Notes: a model not told the origin generated them from the sequence alone. A stretch of 63,933 nt of DNA, filler included, from Lenisia limosa (GCA_001655205.1; 16 parts of 16 records of this genome joined end to end with filler, not necessarily neighbours in it), one strand, 5' to 3'; counted from the first letter of the whole stretch, positions 1-16,166 are shown. Translations and numbers: made by a program.

Positions 1-69
1 GACATCCCATCGAATACCAAAACAGATTTGTTAGGACCAAAGAGACCCACTTGTTATGACGCCCTCCAG

Positions 70-2015
70 ATGTTGTCTTGCATCTCTTCGGTTACGGTAT
101 TAAGCCATGGGCTCATTCCCCTTTCCTCTCCCTCTCTGTTGGCGAGTTCTGGGGCCACAGATGGAACAATATTGTCAGGTATGTCTGAGGCTTCACTTAT
201 ACCAATCTTAATAAATGTATTAGTTTCTATTCTTTTATTTTATTTTTGATGAATTTGCTCACAATAAAAATAACTGATTTGAAGATAATTTCTCGATAAT
301 TTTCGATAGCCGTTTACCGTTTTAGCAACTCCTTGAAGTGCGTCTTCTTTTCTCCAATTGCGCACGTGATGGGCTTCAGAACGAATAAAAAAGGCCAAAA
401 AAGTTTGGTTGCCGCTAGGCATATCTTTAGTTAAAAAAAAGACTGGGTTTTGTCAAATCCTTGATAAATCAACACATTCTATTTACATCCTAGGACACAC
501 ACATATCGGCATCTTCCTTGGATTAATGTTCACATTTTTGGGAAGGTGAGGGGTGAGGGGTTATAGTGTTTGCATTACTGAAAAAAAAATATGTGGGGTA
601 ATACGTGAAGTTACTTCTCTTCCAAGAATGGACAATGGAAAACAGATCTTGTTTTTATCAGGCCATAGCCATCCACACCATCAAATTTATGATGGCTCTT
701 GATTGATCACACAAACAAAACACTTTCTTGTCTTATAGACAGTGGCCACGATAAGTCTTGACCTATTTTCCTTGGGAAATCACATAGCAAATCGGTTTTA
801 AGCCCTTCGCAGTATTGTTGGCACAAACATCCTTTAGTCATAAATTCACAATCTTGAAAACGTATAATCATGATCGTGTAGTGGATTCCTCCACGCGTGG
901 CCCATCTTTGCTGCCACCTGGAGGTCACTGCCGTCATTCACAATGTTCTTCTTCTTCATTGTCCAGGTGTGCTATGGGGTATTGGAGAACAAGACAATTC
1001 ATCAAATAATAGATAGTAATATATACATATGATTAAATTAGATGTCTAATAATACACACCAGATAATCTATATTTGAATTGATGAATGAAGATAACATGA
1101 GGTTTCATCTTTATCTTAGTATCCTTGTGACTAACTGGACAAATGAGGTAACACTGCGTGGAATATTTACAAATGAGATAATATCCCAAGTGATAAGAAC
1201 CATAACATTTGGTAATCATCATGACATCTATTAGTATTTGTTTTCCCCACAGTACCGTTGAAATGCCTTTTCTTGTGTTTGTGACGATTTAGCTCGGAGG
1301 GATTATGTTCGAGCGTATGGTCCTCAAGGTTTGCTGAGGTAGTGTTTTTGATAATAGCTCCCCCTCTTTTGATTCTCCTTCAAACAGCACTTATATATAT
1401 AATTATATATATATTATTATCTATACTTATGATATATATATATATATATACTATATATATAGATATATATGTTTGATGATACTTTTCTTACACCATTTGG
1501 TTGCCCAGATCCAACCTTATTTTTTTTTCTCATCTCAGGAAATTCTTGCTTGGGTTTTAGACACCTCTTTTTGTAGATACACATGTAGTATATGATACTA
1601 CTACTGTACCAATGATTTATGATTGTCTCTCCTCATACAAAAACCTATATTCTGACACCGAAGGTTGGCCGTTGGCCTGCCGTTCTTCGTTTCATTTGGG
1701 TCGTCATCTTTGTTGCGACTACCTTCACCTTTATGGGTCTCCCCGTTCTTGAGGTGATTTCAAGGTTTGCCGAAAGGGCCGCAGGTATTAGGATGCAAAA
1801 GGTCAAAGTGCTTTTGGTGGATTATATTGATCTAGTATATCAAAGGGCTGTGATCTAAGCATTATTTTTTTATGAGAGGTGATACCTCTTGAGTCAAGGA
1901 AGGAGATTCGAAGCAAATTTTGCTGTCTATTGATGAAATACGCAGTTATTCAATTTTGTCAATGAAATGAATGAAGCCCTTACAGTGCGTGTGCTTGCCT
2001 TTCTCACTTATCTGA
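70..2015 (+). CDS. MBOAT_2 (wax-synthase-type) membrane-bound O-acyltransferase, multi-exon, 5' partial; last exon uncertain
   Basis: Spliced exons read PWAHSPFLSLSVGEFWGHRWNNIVSNSLKCVFFSP...LMFTFLGS|GFLHAWPIF...MFFFFIVQ...RFIWVVIFVATTF. This matches the PF-S-S-EFWG-RWN motif and the SG-LH catalytic His motif of this family. Confidence 0.75.
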
Positions 2016-2252
2016 ACACATGTCAGGTCACGCAATGGTGCTATCAACTCTCCCGTGTCGCAGCCTGATGACATTCTTTTTGATTTCTCTGCTGGTGGGT
2101 TCTTGTTTGTTGAGAATCAATTACTATCATCTACAGGAGGAAACTATTTCAATTTTTAAAATAATTATTGTACCATCTACTACTATAATATGATTTATCT
2201 TTTACTTTAACAATAACGCAGAATTGTTCATAGAGTGCCTTACCCAATTCAG

Positions 2253-2588
2253 CTGTTTTCAATCCCTCTTCTGGTTACGACTATTGGAGATGGTCTTTTG
2301 AGTACACTCCTGAGGTAAGCAAAGGTCAAGAGTTATGATGTTGTCCACTCATAATTCTATGATCAACAACTCTGTGATTATCGTCTTATCTGAATTTTTA
2401 AATAAGCGAAGGGCCAAATTTATAACTGCACGCGGCTTTATTGAAAACGATGGAGCACCTTATCAGCTTCGTTCTTAATGACCTAACATAGAATCTATAT
2501 GTAGTACCTCACGCTTCAGGTGTGGAACAAAATTCTGCGATTCAACTACTTTTATGGGTCTCCTATTGAGCTCTACTCCCTGGAGTAA
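2253..2588 (+). CDS. Hypothetical protein, C-terminal exons
   Basis: Two exons with AG/GT borders: VFNPSSGYDYWRWSFEYTPE|VWNKILRFNYFYGSPIELYSLE*. No family recognised. Confidence 0.3.
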
Positions 2589-2761
2589 ACCTAGGCCATG
2601 TTACATTTTTGATACAGTATGCTATTATGTCAAGGTGCCATCTGTTCAATTCAAGAAAATCTAATACTCAGTCCTTGGTATTCAACAAGATTGAGCCACA
2701 TTAATAATCTAATAAGTTACATAAATATTATCAAGGATAAACATAATAAAAGGCTATAGCA

Positions 2762-5700
2762 CTAGAGCGGAAGGGCAATTTTATCAGTAGCACCTAATGC
2801 GGGGACAGTAAGGGCAGCAAAGTTGGCAGTTCCATATTCATACTGCGCGGATAATTCACAATCGATCAGTCTCATACCCTGGGAGAGTTAGTTGACGGTG
2901 AGGGCTGATTAGGAAACAAGAATATCAAAAAAACAAAAAGGGGAGGAAATATTGTTATAAATATTATATAGAAATGAGAAATAAAAATAAGGTTGNNNNN
3001 NNNNNNNNNNNNNNNNNNNNNNNNNNNNNNNNNNNNNNNNNNNNNNNNNATGACAAAAGAAGGCCCAAGTCCTACGAGAAGCTCAATTTTGACTAAAACC
3101 CCTCCAGTGGTTTGGGAAGCAAACACAATCGGAAATCTACGAAGTGATTTATAAAACAAGGGACTGGCTGAAGGCTTTATTGTTGACCTCCTCTCTTTCT
3201 CTTTCTTATATGATGTTTGTGCCAACAATTGTGCGGTTCAAAAAAGACCGTCAAATTCTCGGTATTTTTCGAGGATTTATCGGGAAATTCAGTCTTTTTT
3301 GGGACCGAGATGCTATTTCTTCCCTTCCTCCTTTCTCACCTCTCATCCTCTCTCTCTTTCCTCCTAAAAAAAATTGGAGACGACCCAAACCCACCTGTAA
3401 GATTGGAGACGACCTCCCTCTGGCGGAACAACGAACGTCTGGATTGCAGGCTTGAGAGTGAGAGCAATATCAACACCCATCTATCAACATCTCTTTATCA
3501 ACATCTTTTAATGAACACCTCGCAGCAATGATCTATACTTAACAAATGTTTCAAGGTGATCTTTATAAAGTGATGATCTCTGCTAGATATATGATACATA
3601 TTTTTCATACATTTAAAAGATTACGTTTCTCTGTTATTCAACATATGAAAAGGAAAACAAAAAAGCACGGTTATTGGGCAAATGTCATCAGCCATAGACC
3701 CCTGAATACCGCGAGTCGATAAATGTTTTTGGCGTATCCCATTTCAGCAGTGTATTGCAGTTCGCTGTAGAGCGGATCACCATTTGAGGCAAAGGAGGTG
3801 GAGTAATATTCCGCTCTCAACTACAATAGTTAGATGATTACAGCAGGTTCTAAAAACAATAGAGGAAAACATCGATATTAATTTCGATGGATCATCGTCA
3901 GTGCGTGCAAAATAGGTATCACCTTATTTTTGGTATCCCAAGTTTCTATGATTCATATTGACGACATATTCTCTGCTCCAGTGTTATGATCAAAGTGCAT
4001 ACTCTATAATGATAAAAAGGAGATATACGATGCAGAAAAAGAACATCAAAAATCAACTCCATTGGCTAAACAGTGGGAGGGGGGTCTATATTTTTAGAGA
4101 TTCACTCCTGGTTCCAAAAGACGTGTTAAATTTCGAAAACTATCGAGGATTTATCCACAATTCTGTCTTTTTTGGAACCTACTGTGAAGCTCAATATTTT
4201 TGCCATTGCAAACATTTCCGAGACCATTGCCCGAGTTGTAACCTCCATTGAGCCAAATCGTGGCGGAAAGCCTCCCCACTTTGTCTTGGCAAACGATATC
4301 AAACTAAAATATAAGGAAAGAACATGGTTTGCCAAAGTCCCAGGAATAATACTACAATAAATATAATTATCCTATTGGTATTATTTAATTGTCATTTGAG
4401 GACTACAGGGAAGCTAATTGGCTCAAATAAAACTGCATCCAGACAAACTGCTGTATGATATTTTTACCGCTTCACTTCGGTTCAAAAAAAAGACAAAATT
4501 TCTCGATAAATCTTCGAAAACTATCAATATTTCATCCGTCTTTTTCGAACCGAAGTGAAGCCCTAGATATTAAAAATATAAACACTAATACAATGTAAAA
4601 AGCAACATCTAGCGGCTGGGAAGCGGTACACCATCACAGTATAAATGTATGGCTCCGTGCAATTAATTGAAATATAATTGAAAAATTTGAAGTGAGACCT
4701 ATTGTCATGGGAACTCCACTTCAGATACATTAATTTCAAATTTTGTCAATTAATTTTAAAAAATTAATTGCACGGAGCCCTCATAAATAGAAATACACCT
4801 TCCTAACTCCGTGAACAATGCTTTATATCTGCCTCCCTATGTTGCTCTAATAACACCTCTCAACATTCCCTCAAACCGCAGGTGCCTCATCTTGCCTGGT
4901 GTTTTCTATATAGAATGTTTTGGTCAATGTCTGTACCCTGAAATATGAGTTTGTAGATTGCTTTTTGACAATATGATGATAATAATGAATATCTCAAAAA
5001 ACGAAGGAACCACTTCACGTTCGTTCAATTGAAAGAAAGAAAAAAAAAAACCCAAGACAAGCTTACTTGTCACCAATCATCAAAGAGTCCGTGAGTGCGA
5101 CCGATGCGCTGCCAAGCTGGCCAATATCGGCATTGAGTGCAGTGAGGTTGTCGACGCTTGAGTTGGTGGTGCTGGTTATTTCGAATGTGGCATCGGACGC
5201 CACGAGATTGGTTGTGGTGACGGAGTCCTGGGTATGACAAATAAGAAATTGCTAGACAATTGACTGCGGAAAGGGGTGGTGCTTCCTTATGGTCCCAAAA
5301 TAAAGTTCTTCAAAAAATACGGATTAATAAATATCATTACGTTAGTCTTCGCTGATTGTAAGTCTTCCAGAAGGGAAATCCGATACTGTCGGACAAGGCT
5401 TACCACAGTTGTATATCATACATATAGAGATGAGAAATAAAACAAGGTTGTATCTGGCCGGAGCCGTCCACACCATCACGCTTCTAAGAAATACTATCAT
5501 GATATACTATACCATTGAATTGAGAATTGTTCTCAGGCAGTCACCACAAACAGAAAGGAGTGTGATCACCTTCAGCTCGTCGTGAACAACAGTGGAATTA
5601 AGATTCTGCAGAATAAGCAATGAATCAAGGTTGTGAGTGATCGAAGCTTTTAAAAAAATCACGAAACTTGGGTTTCAATAAAGGTGAGGAGTCTTTCATT

Positions 5701-6040
5701 AGCAGCTAAGCTATTCTTTTGATGTTACAATATTTCACCAATAAAGAAGGTTCTATTATACTCTTAGTAAAAATGCTACCCAATATACACTATGGATGAC
5801 CAAATAGAGAGTCATAACATGGAAATGGCATCCACTTGTTCATCCTAGAATAGAAATATTCCGCTTGAAATATTAATAAAGTACACCACCACCACCACCA
5901 CACACACACACACACAGAAAGAAGCAAGAGGGTCTCTCAATGCACAAACATACCAAAGAGATATAAGCTTGAGTTGTGGAGAAAAGTACCACAAAAAGGA
6001 CCTTCAGCAGAACGAGTTGCCATTCACATGAAGAAGCCAT
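2762..6040 (-). CDS. Hypothetical secreted protein, multi-exon
   Basis: Signal-peptide-like start MASSCEWQLVLLKVLFVVLFSTTQA. Later exons are Ser/Thr/Asn-rich (DSVTTTNLVASDATFEITSTTNSSVDNL; LRAEYYSTSFASNGDPLYSELQY) with GT-AG borders. Exon linkage not fully resolved. Confidence 0.4.
4469..4563. mobile_element. MITE family M1 (about 95 bp; TIR GGGCTTCACTTCGGTTCGAAAAAAGAC)
   Basis: Inverted termini around a conserved CTCGATAAATC.TCGAAAACTATC.ATATTT core. One of roughly 25 copies in the window. Confidence 0.85.
4651..4779. mobile_element. MITE family M3 (TIR GGCTCCGTGCAATTAATT)
   Basis: Perfect 18-bp inverted termini. Degenerate relatives at about 17806-17897 and 28005-28117. Confidence 0.7.
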
Positions 6041-6587
6041 TGCTTGCACTGGGAATGATTTTGATGACTACTCCACTGCTTAACACCTAAGGAGGGCTAC
6101 GGAGGAATCAAGCTGGCCAAGAACGATGGATTATTTAAATTTTGTTTTTCCAGCTTATCTAACCTACTGCCTGCAACCACCCTGCCACTACCCTACTAGC
6201 TACACTCAATCAAACAATCAACCAAACAAAATATTCCATGAATTTTCAGCTTTTCAGTAAATGAACAATTATGATAATACAAGTAGCATTATTTTTTAAA
6301 AACGATGATCCTGATGATCTCATTTGCTTCTTGGTTCTCTTTGTGTTGTGCGTGTATTTCCAACTCCTATTCCAGCAGCAAACCACCACAACCACCGTGG
6401 CACCACCTGGATACAACCTGGATAAACACTCTAAATAACAAATAAACAACAAACACAATAAATAAACATTGACTTGTACTGAATAACAAAATAACAAATA
6501 CATTCTGACAAAACATAAGATTTCCTTCAAGGTGACAGACCTACAATATAAACGTTTGTATCAGCAATGTAAATGCCAAAGAAAAGG

Positions 6588-7327
6588 AAGTATCGGATCT
6601 TCTTAGAGGTTGATTGCGTCATAGACATCCACATTCGAGTCTATCGTCATTTACAACAGGAGCATTATTATCATCACCAACCTGAAAGACTTCAAGAGGG
6701 CACAAAGAGTCAAGCCTGTCACACTTCAAACTAGAGAATTATGATTGAAGAAGGCCAATGATGAGAAGGGAACTTGTGGAAATCGTCATAATAGTGGATG
6801 AAAAGTCAGCATTCCGTAAGGTGCACCAAGTGGGTTTACTTGATCAAAGCCTTACAGTCAGACAGCATCCAAGATGAATCATACGAATCTCATGGTATTT
6901 CAATATTTATGAAGGACATACCATTTTGATGTTCCAATGACAGTAAGGCTGTTCAGGTTTACAGGTCTTTCATTTGTCTAAAGTGTAAAACGAAAAATTG
7001 AAAGAAGGCGTAAAGTTAAGACGTAAGTGTCGGATCTTCTTAGAGGTTGATTGCGTCATAGACATCCACATTCGAGTCTATCGTCATTTACATCATATGA
7101 GTATTTGTATTATCATCACCAACCTTAAAGACTTCATGAGGGCACAAAGAGTCAAGCCTGTCACACTTCAAGCTAGAGAATTATGATTGAAGAAGGCCAA
7201 TGATGAGAAGGGAACTTGTGGAAATCGTCATAATAGTGGATGAAAAGTCAGCATTCCGTAAGGTGCACCAAGTGGGTTTACTTAATCAAAGCCTTACAGT
7301 CAGACAGCATCCAAGATGAATCATACG
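6588..7327. repeat. Direct duplication of about 300 bp (6588-6885 and 7025-7327)
   Basis: Two near-identical copies, seen by direct alignment, separated by about 140 bp. Confidence 0.9.
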
Positions 7328-8258
7328 TTCAAATATCATGTGCTGAGCCCCAACATACTACTTGAGATCGATTTGGATTTGGCAACAAACTGGCTGCTGC
7401 AATTTCATAATAAATCAACATCCTTGATTCCAAAGTCAAAAGAGGGCAGAAAAAGAACAGAGAAAATTGGTAAAAAGGGGAAAGTGGCAACTGCCCGATT
7501 GACTGTCTTTAGCACCCGCCTCCTCTGCCTTCTCACCACACGTCCCGCCNNNNNNNNNNNNNNNNNNNNNNNNNNNNNNNNNNNNNNNNNNNNNNNNNNN
7601 NNNNNNNNNNNNNNNNNNNNNNNNNNNNNNNNNNNNNNNNNNNNNNNNNNNNNNNNNNNNNNNNNNNNNNNNNNNNNNNNNNNNNNCACATCAACCCACC
7701 CACGGACAGACTTGATACAATCCGCCTTCCATCCTAATTATTCGTGCACACGTTCAACTTTTGCAGCTCCTATGACAGACAAAGCGGCCTTGGACATTAG
7801 CTTTGTGACAACTAAACATAAGGTTTTGGGCGTGGTGCTAGTTAATTAACAATTTCACATCAGTTTCTATTAACTTATTTCTACGAAATATCATTCACAC
7901 AGTATGGTGATCACAGTGAATCAGTCTCTTTTTACCTTGTTAAGGACAGAACACACCTTTCAGTCATTTCAAAAGATGCGCTTGAGTATTTTGAAAGTGG
8001 GTTTCCTTTGTTTCCTTTTTTTTTTGTTAAAACGGAGAGCCCGATCGATTCATACATAGCTTCGGACAGATATTACCTTTAATTGTTTCTCAATGATATG
8101 ATGGTATGGTTTCAGAACATGCTGTGCTAACTGGCAACTTAGAGGAATTTTAATTTTGTATCCTTCTCTCTTAGTTTGATTAATAGTGCTTCCGCATTCT
8201 CCTGATATTCAGTTTTCATTTTTCTTTCTCTTCTTTTCAAATTATAATGATAATACAG

Positions 8259-10711
8259 ATGCGAATGAACCCGTTAGTAATGATGAAACAGATGATCATG
8301 GCTGTACACAATTGAAAAATGGAATGTTTGAATTGGTGAGCGTTGTAAAAGGCTGACCAAAGCAGAGGGTATTCATTCCTCATGTGTTTTATGGCAACTG
8401 CGTAAAGGCCAACAAGAGGGTTGAAAGTGAATGTGAAGTGAAAGTTAAAATTCCACAAAAATACTCGGAGTGTTCTGATGTCATTATTCAGGGTCGCAGC
8501 CCTCAAGGTTAGTGTGACTATACCGTTTGGTTTTACAAAATAGGGATTCTTGCAGCAAAATCTGTGATTCTTAAAAATACGAAGGAGGTTTGATTCTTGG
8601 ATATTGTAATAATCCTTGTTTTTAGTTTGAAAAAAGAATGCCAATTTCACACTTTGTGAGTGTTCCGCTTGGCATGTTCCGGGAGAAGGTTGCTGAACTC
8701 GAAGACGCAATCAAGGAGGAGTTGCCAGAAGGTAGGCTTTCTCAGCTTTCAATATTTTCAGTGTTCATTGTGTGGTTGGTGGCTTTCCTCTACATTGAAT
8801 TGGCATTTATTTTGGTTACAGTTGACGATTTTCAGAGTTGAAGGATTTCGTCCAGCCACCCGAAAAGTTTCATTTTACTTTGGTTCCACTGAAACTATTT
8901 TGGCCTGCAGAAGTATGTTGATATTATCAATTTCTTATCTACTATGTCAAAACAATCAATTAAAAAATCAACTCCTATTATTAGTATTCAGAGCTTCTTC
9001 TCTCCAAACAAGATGGTATTATAATCTTGGACAAAAACTAATACAAAAGGATGCCACCTATTTTCACTACCTCTATCTCCTGTTGTTACTAAATTCGCAG
9101 TTAGCGAAGGCACGAACAGTTCTCCAAAATGCTCACAGTGAAATCTACGATATTGTCGGGACAAGGTGTCTGATCATTGAAATGGGAGGTTGGCGGTTTA
9201 CATTAGTTGCTGACTGATAATAGAGAAATGAGGGCTTTTCATGATGACCTCCTTAATTTTCTTGATGTTTGTTTTTTGAGAAACCCAATCTGTTTTTTTG
9301 TCTGTAAGGAAGTCGTGGTCACTTGTGCAAATTATTGGATGTATTCAATCCAATATCTCTTACTATATATCATATACATATGTATAAGCGTGATAGTTTG
9401 GACGGCTTCGGCCAGATACAATCTTATTTTATTTTTCATCTCTTTATATCATTTTAGGATTGGTAAGTCTTGAGGGTGACCCAAAGAAAGCCAGAGTTCT
9501 TTATTCCAAGGTAGGGTAAGCCTCTAAGCTCGTTGGTGTTTGTACTTGGATTCATGGTAACTCTCTTATGAATTGTTTTTTTTATGTGTCTTCATGACAC
9601 GTGCAGTCCTTTTTTTATCAGTGTATGTTCGTATGATATACCAGTGGTGTATTATAGTGTGTAAGACTATACTAGTCTATGTACATATATGTATAAGAAA
9701 CTATGTATCAGTAATATCACATTTTACGATAACCATGTCTTCTCTTTCTGTTCTCACCAGCAGCCAACCGATCCATCTGGGGCTCTCCAAAAAATTGCGG
9801 ATCTTTTACAGCAGAAGTTCATTGACGCGGGCTTTGTTGTCCAAAAACACCAGGATAGCGTTTTGGTATGCGTGTTTCGATCTTAATGCAGACTATGGTA
9901 AAAGTTCAGTGACCGCGATAAGTCTTGACAAAAGATAAAGCTCAATATTCGTATCAGGACTTATCGCGGTCAGTATATTTACGAAACAAGTAGATTTACT
10001 TCAGACTTAAGAGGCAGCTTTATACTCTTAATGAGCTCACTGACTCTTGTAATGGTCGATTTAATGAATATCTTCATTCCTACTTTGTTTCTTACAGTCT
10101 TTACTTTGCAGTTGCACGCGACTGTTGTCAAGCTGGGTATGGGGTTTTGAGTTCGATTGCAACTCCTCAGTCTTATTTCATGCTGTTCCTGGTGTCTCTC
10201 AGTGAGACGAGGGTAAAATATCGATATTTATCAAGGATTTATCGAGATATTCACCTCTATTTTGAGACTGAAGGGAAACTCTAATCATAGTCAGAACAGA
10301 ATTCAAAAGAAACAACAGGCATGCTATGAAATGGATATTTACTTCTCTAGACAAAAAGCATTTCAATGCTGAAAAGGTGATTGAGAAGTTCGGTGGCGTC
10401 AGTTTAGGGTCCGAACGTCTGACCTGTCTTCAGCTTTCTCAGCGCGCAGACCGCCCGCATGGTTAGGGGGGGTCTTTTAAACATTCATTTTTTGAACAAG
10501 AGAGATAATATCATATTGTACATAAGAAATCTAGGGGAACAAATTCACGTGAGGTTCTCAATAGACTATGTTACAGTAAATGTTTTGTAAATAGCGTAGT
10601 TTGAACGGCCTCAGCCAGGTCCACCTGTTTCATTTCGCATTTCTACATAACATTAAATTTCATTTCCCAGGCGAATTCTACAAAGCAGAAGCCAACCTTC
10701 CGCTTCCTTAG
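8259..10711 (+). CDS. ASCC1: ASCC1-like protein: degenerate KH domain plus AKAP7-type 2H phosphoesterase; start may lie upstream (about 7772)
   Basis: Exons give PISHFVSVPL, QPPEKFHFTLVPLKL (HxT 1), GLVSLEGDPKKARVLYSK, LHATVVK (HxT 2), FNAEKVIEKFGGVSLGSERLTCLQLSQR and GEFYKAEANLPLP*. These are preceded by KH-like RVFIPHVFYG...KVKIP...DVIIQG. Confidence 0.75.
9384..9452 (+). repeat. Family B copy just upstream of an ASCC1-like acceptor
   Basis: TATAAGCGTGATAGTTTGGACGGCTTCGGCCAGATACAATCTTATTTT...; AG follows within about 16 nt. Confidence 0.8.
9907..9975. mobile_element. MITE M2 variant in ASCC1-like intron
   Basis: CAGTGACCGCGATAAGTCTTGA...TCAGGACTTATCGCGGTCAGT. A related core lies in reverse at 15824-15882; partial copies at 740-796, 24256-24312 and 56508-56530. 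Confidence 0.75.
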
Positions 10712-11105
10712 CTCATAGTATCCCAGTGTGATATTTGAAGCACCAACTCTTTCTTGGTGGCGTGACTCAGGCATTGTATCTTGCAAGCAGGTTTTAATGC
10801 ATCCTATTTCCACTCCATAGTTTCGTGCGTTTCGTTGCATTGAGCTCAATTCTTTCTCAAGATATTTTTTATCATTTAAAGGGCATGTCTATAACTGATA
10901 AGGAGGGCAGGAGGGCAAAGGAATATATATGGAGGTATATCTGTCATGTTCAGAAAAACCAAAACCCCAGGCCAGGTTGGGTTATAAAATCTGGCAAAAC
11001 TGTGCAGAAACTGTGTGAACTCTCTCCAAACTCTCAACAAATATCATTTAAGACTTGAAAAAGAAAAACGAACCAATAGACAGTAATTCAAAGAAGAGTT
11101 GGAAG

Positions 11106-14882
<3,777 letters not shown>

Positions 14883-14982
14883 NNNNNNNNNNNNNNNNNN
14901 NNNNNNNNNNNNNNNNNNNNNNNNNNTTAATTAATTAANNNNNNNNNNNNNNNNNNNNNNNNNNNNNNNNNNNNNNNNNNNN
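14883..14982. other. Artificial scaffold linker (N44-TTAATTAATTAA-N44)
   Basis: The same 12-mer inside N runs occurs at 14927, 18149, 20182, 21543, 23478, 31621, 34961, 41744, 45641, 48479, 50355, 53826, 55306, 56819 and 60742. It places stop codons in all six frames. Confidence 0.97.
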
Positions 14983-15047
14983 TATGAGTAATATGTACTA
15001 CATATAATCATATATAATACCTACAGATGCATGCCCCCCCCCCATAC

Positions 15048-16166
15048 CACAAGGAAGGTTACGGACCGGGGGTGGAGGGGGGTCTCCGGTTCCCATATCA
15101 CAATCAATGGCAGGGTAGTACACCACCTAGATTGTTATTATATATAGCAAATAGAAATGAAAAATAAGATTTTATTAATATAATATAGTCAATGAGAAAT
15201 AAAAAATAAGGTTGTATCTGGTCGAAGCCTTCCACACCACGCTTATAAGAATTATTGGATGATAGTATAATATTAATTTATATAATCATTTGCCTTATAT
15301 TAAAATCTGTAAGGGAGTAGTAAGTGGATTGTTGGTGGCGTATGCACTTAATCGAAGGAATTGTTCATGCCTCCCCAGCATATTATTAACCCAATTATTT
15401 GCCTTACAGCTCAGTTCACATAATATCATAATCTAATATCTCTTATGGCGAGATGGTGTGGACGGCTTCGGTCAGATACAAACCATTTTTATTCCCCATG
15501 ATATGTATGCTCCTTCAAGATTAGGCAAGGCCTACATTTCCTATAATAATGCCCTCTTTCACTATATTCCTGTATATTGTGTAAATGTTTAAAGCAGTGT
15601 TATCGCTTTTTATGTTTTAGTTTCTCTCATGTTTTCTCTGATGTTAACCACACTACCCCCCCCCCCACAGCTTATTTCCCTTAATAATGCTCTCCTTAAT
15701 GTCTACCCCATTCCGGGAAATATTGGCTTGGGAGTGTTGTGAATAAGAGCATTATTATGGGAAGATGTTGGAGTAAAATATTCAAAGCTCAACTTTGAGG
15801 GAACAAGAAATACACACTGCTTTGATAAGTCCTGATACGGATATTGAGCTTTCTCTCTTGTCAATCGTGTCAGGACTTATCAGGATAATCTAGAATTATC
15901 GAAACGCTCTTGGGCAAATTGCATTCTGTTCATTACTATGGTGCCTCCTCTCACATAAATACTCAACCTCTGGTGTTAACTGTACGCCCCAATGCCTACA
16001 TTACGGGTATTGAGCTCGGGATCGCACGCTGTGTAGGTGGCTGCGAGGGTGAGCAAAGAGAGAGGGATGAAAAGGGCGGCTTACGGCGATAGTCTGTGAT
16101 GTTACATGGTGGTGCAGCAATGGACAGGCCAATTAAGGCAAGGAATACCAAGATTGGCAGCCTCAT
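15048..16166 (-). CDS. Secreted Cys-repeat protein, ELAPOR/KIAA1324-like N-terminus, 3' truncated
   Basis: Signal peptide MRLPILVFLALIGLSIA, then CNITDYRPTYTACDPELNTRN and VVYYPAIDCDMGTGDPPPPPVRNLPC. Resembles the recalled C-x3-Y-x3-YT-A-CD repeat of ELAPOR proteins. Confidence 0.5.

Noticed and set aside
1-180. Minus-strand frame with a single in-frame TAA, suggesting stop-codon reassignment
   Set aside because: The plus strand encodes the MBOAT motif here, and all identified genes use CAA/CAG for Gln and end in normal stops.
650-700. Extra MBOAT exon
   Set aside because: The sequence is a degenerate family B copy, and exons 493-546 and 881-967 join in frame without it.
14883-14982. Regularly recurring TTAATTAATTAA palindrome as a biological site
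   Set aside because: It is always embedded in identical N44 pads at 15 places, so it is a concatenation linker with six-frame stops.
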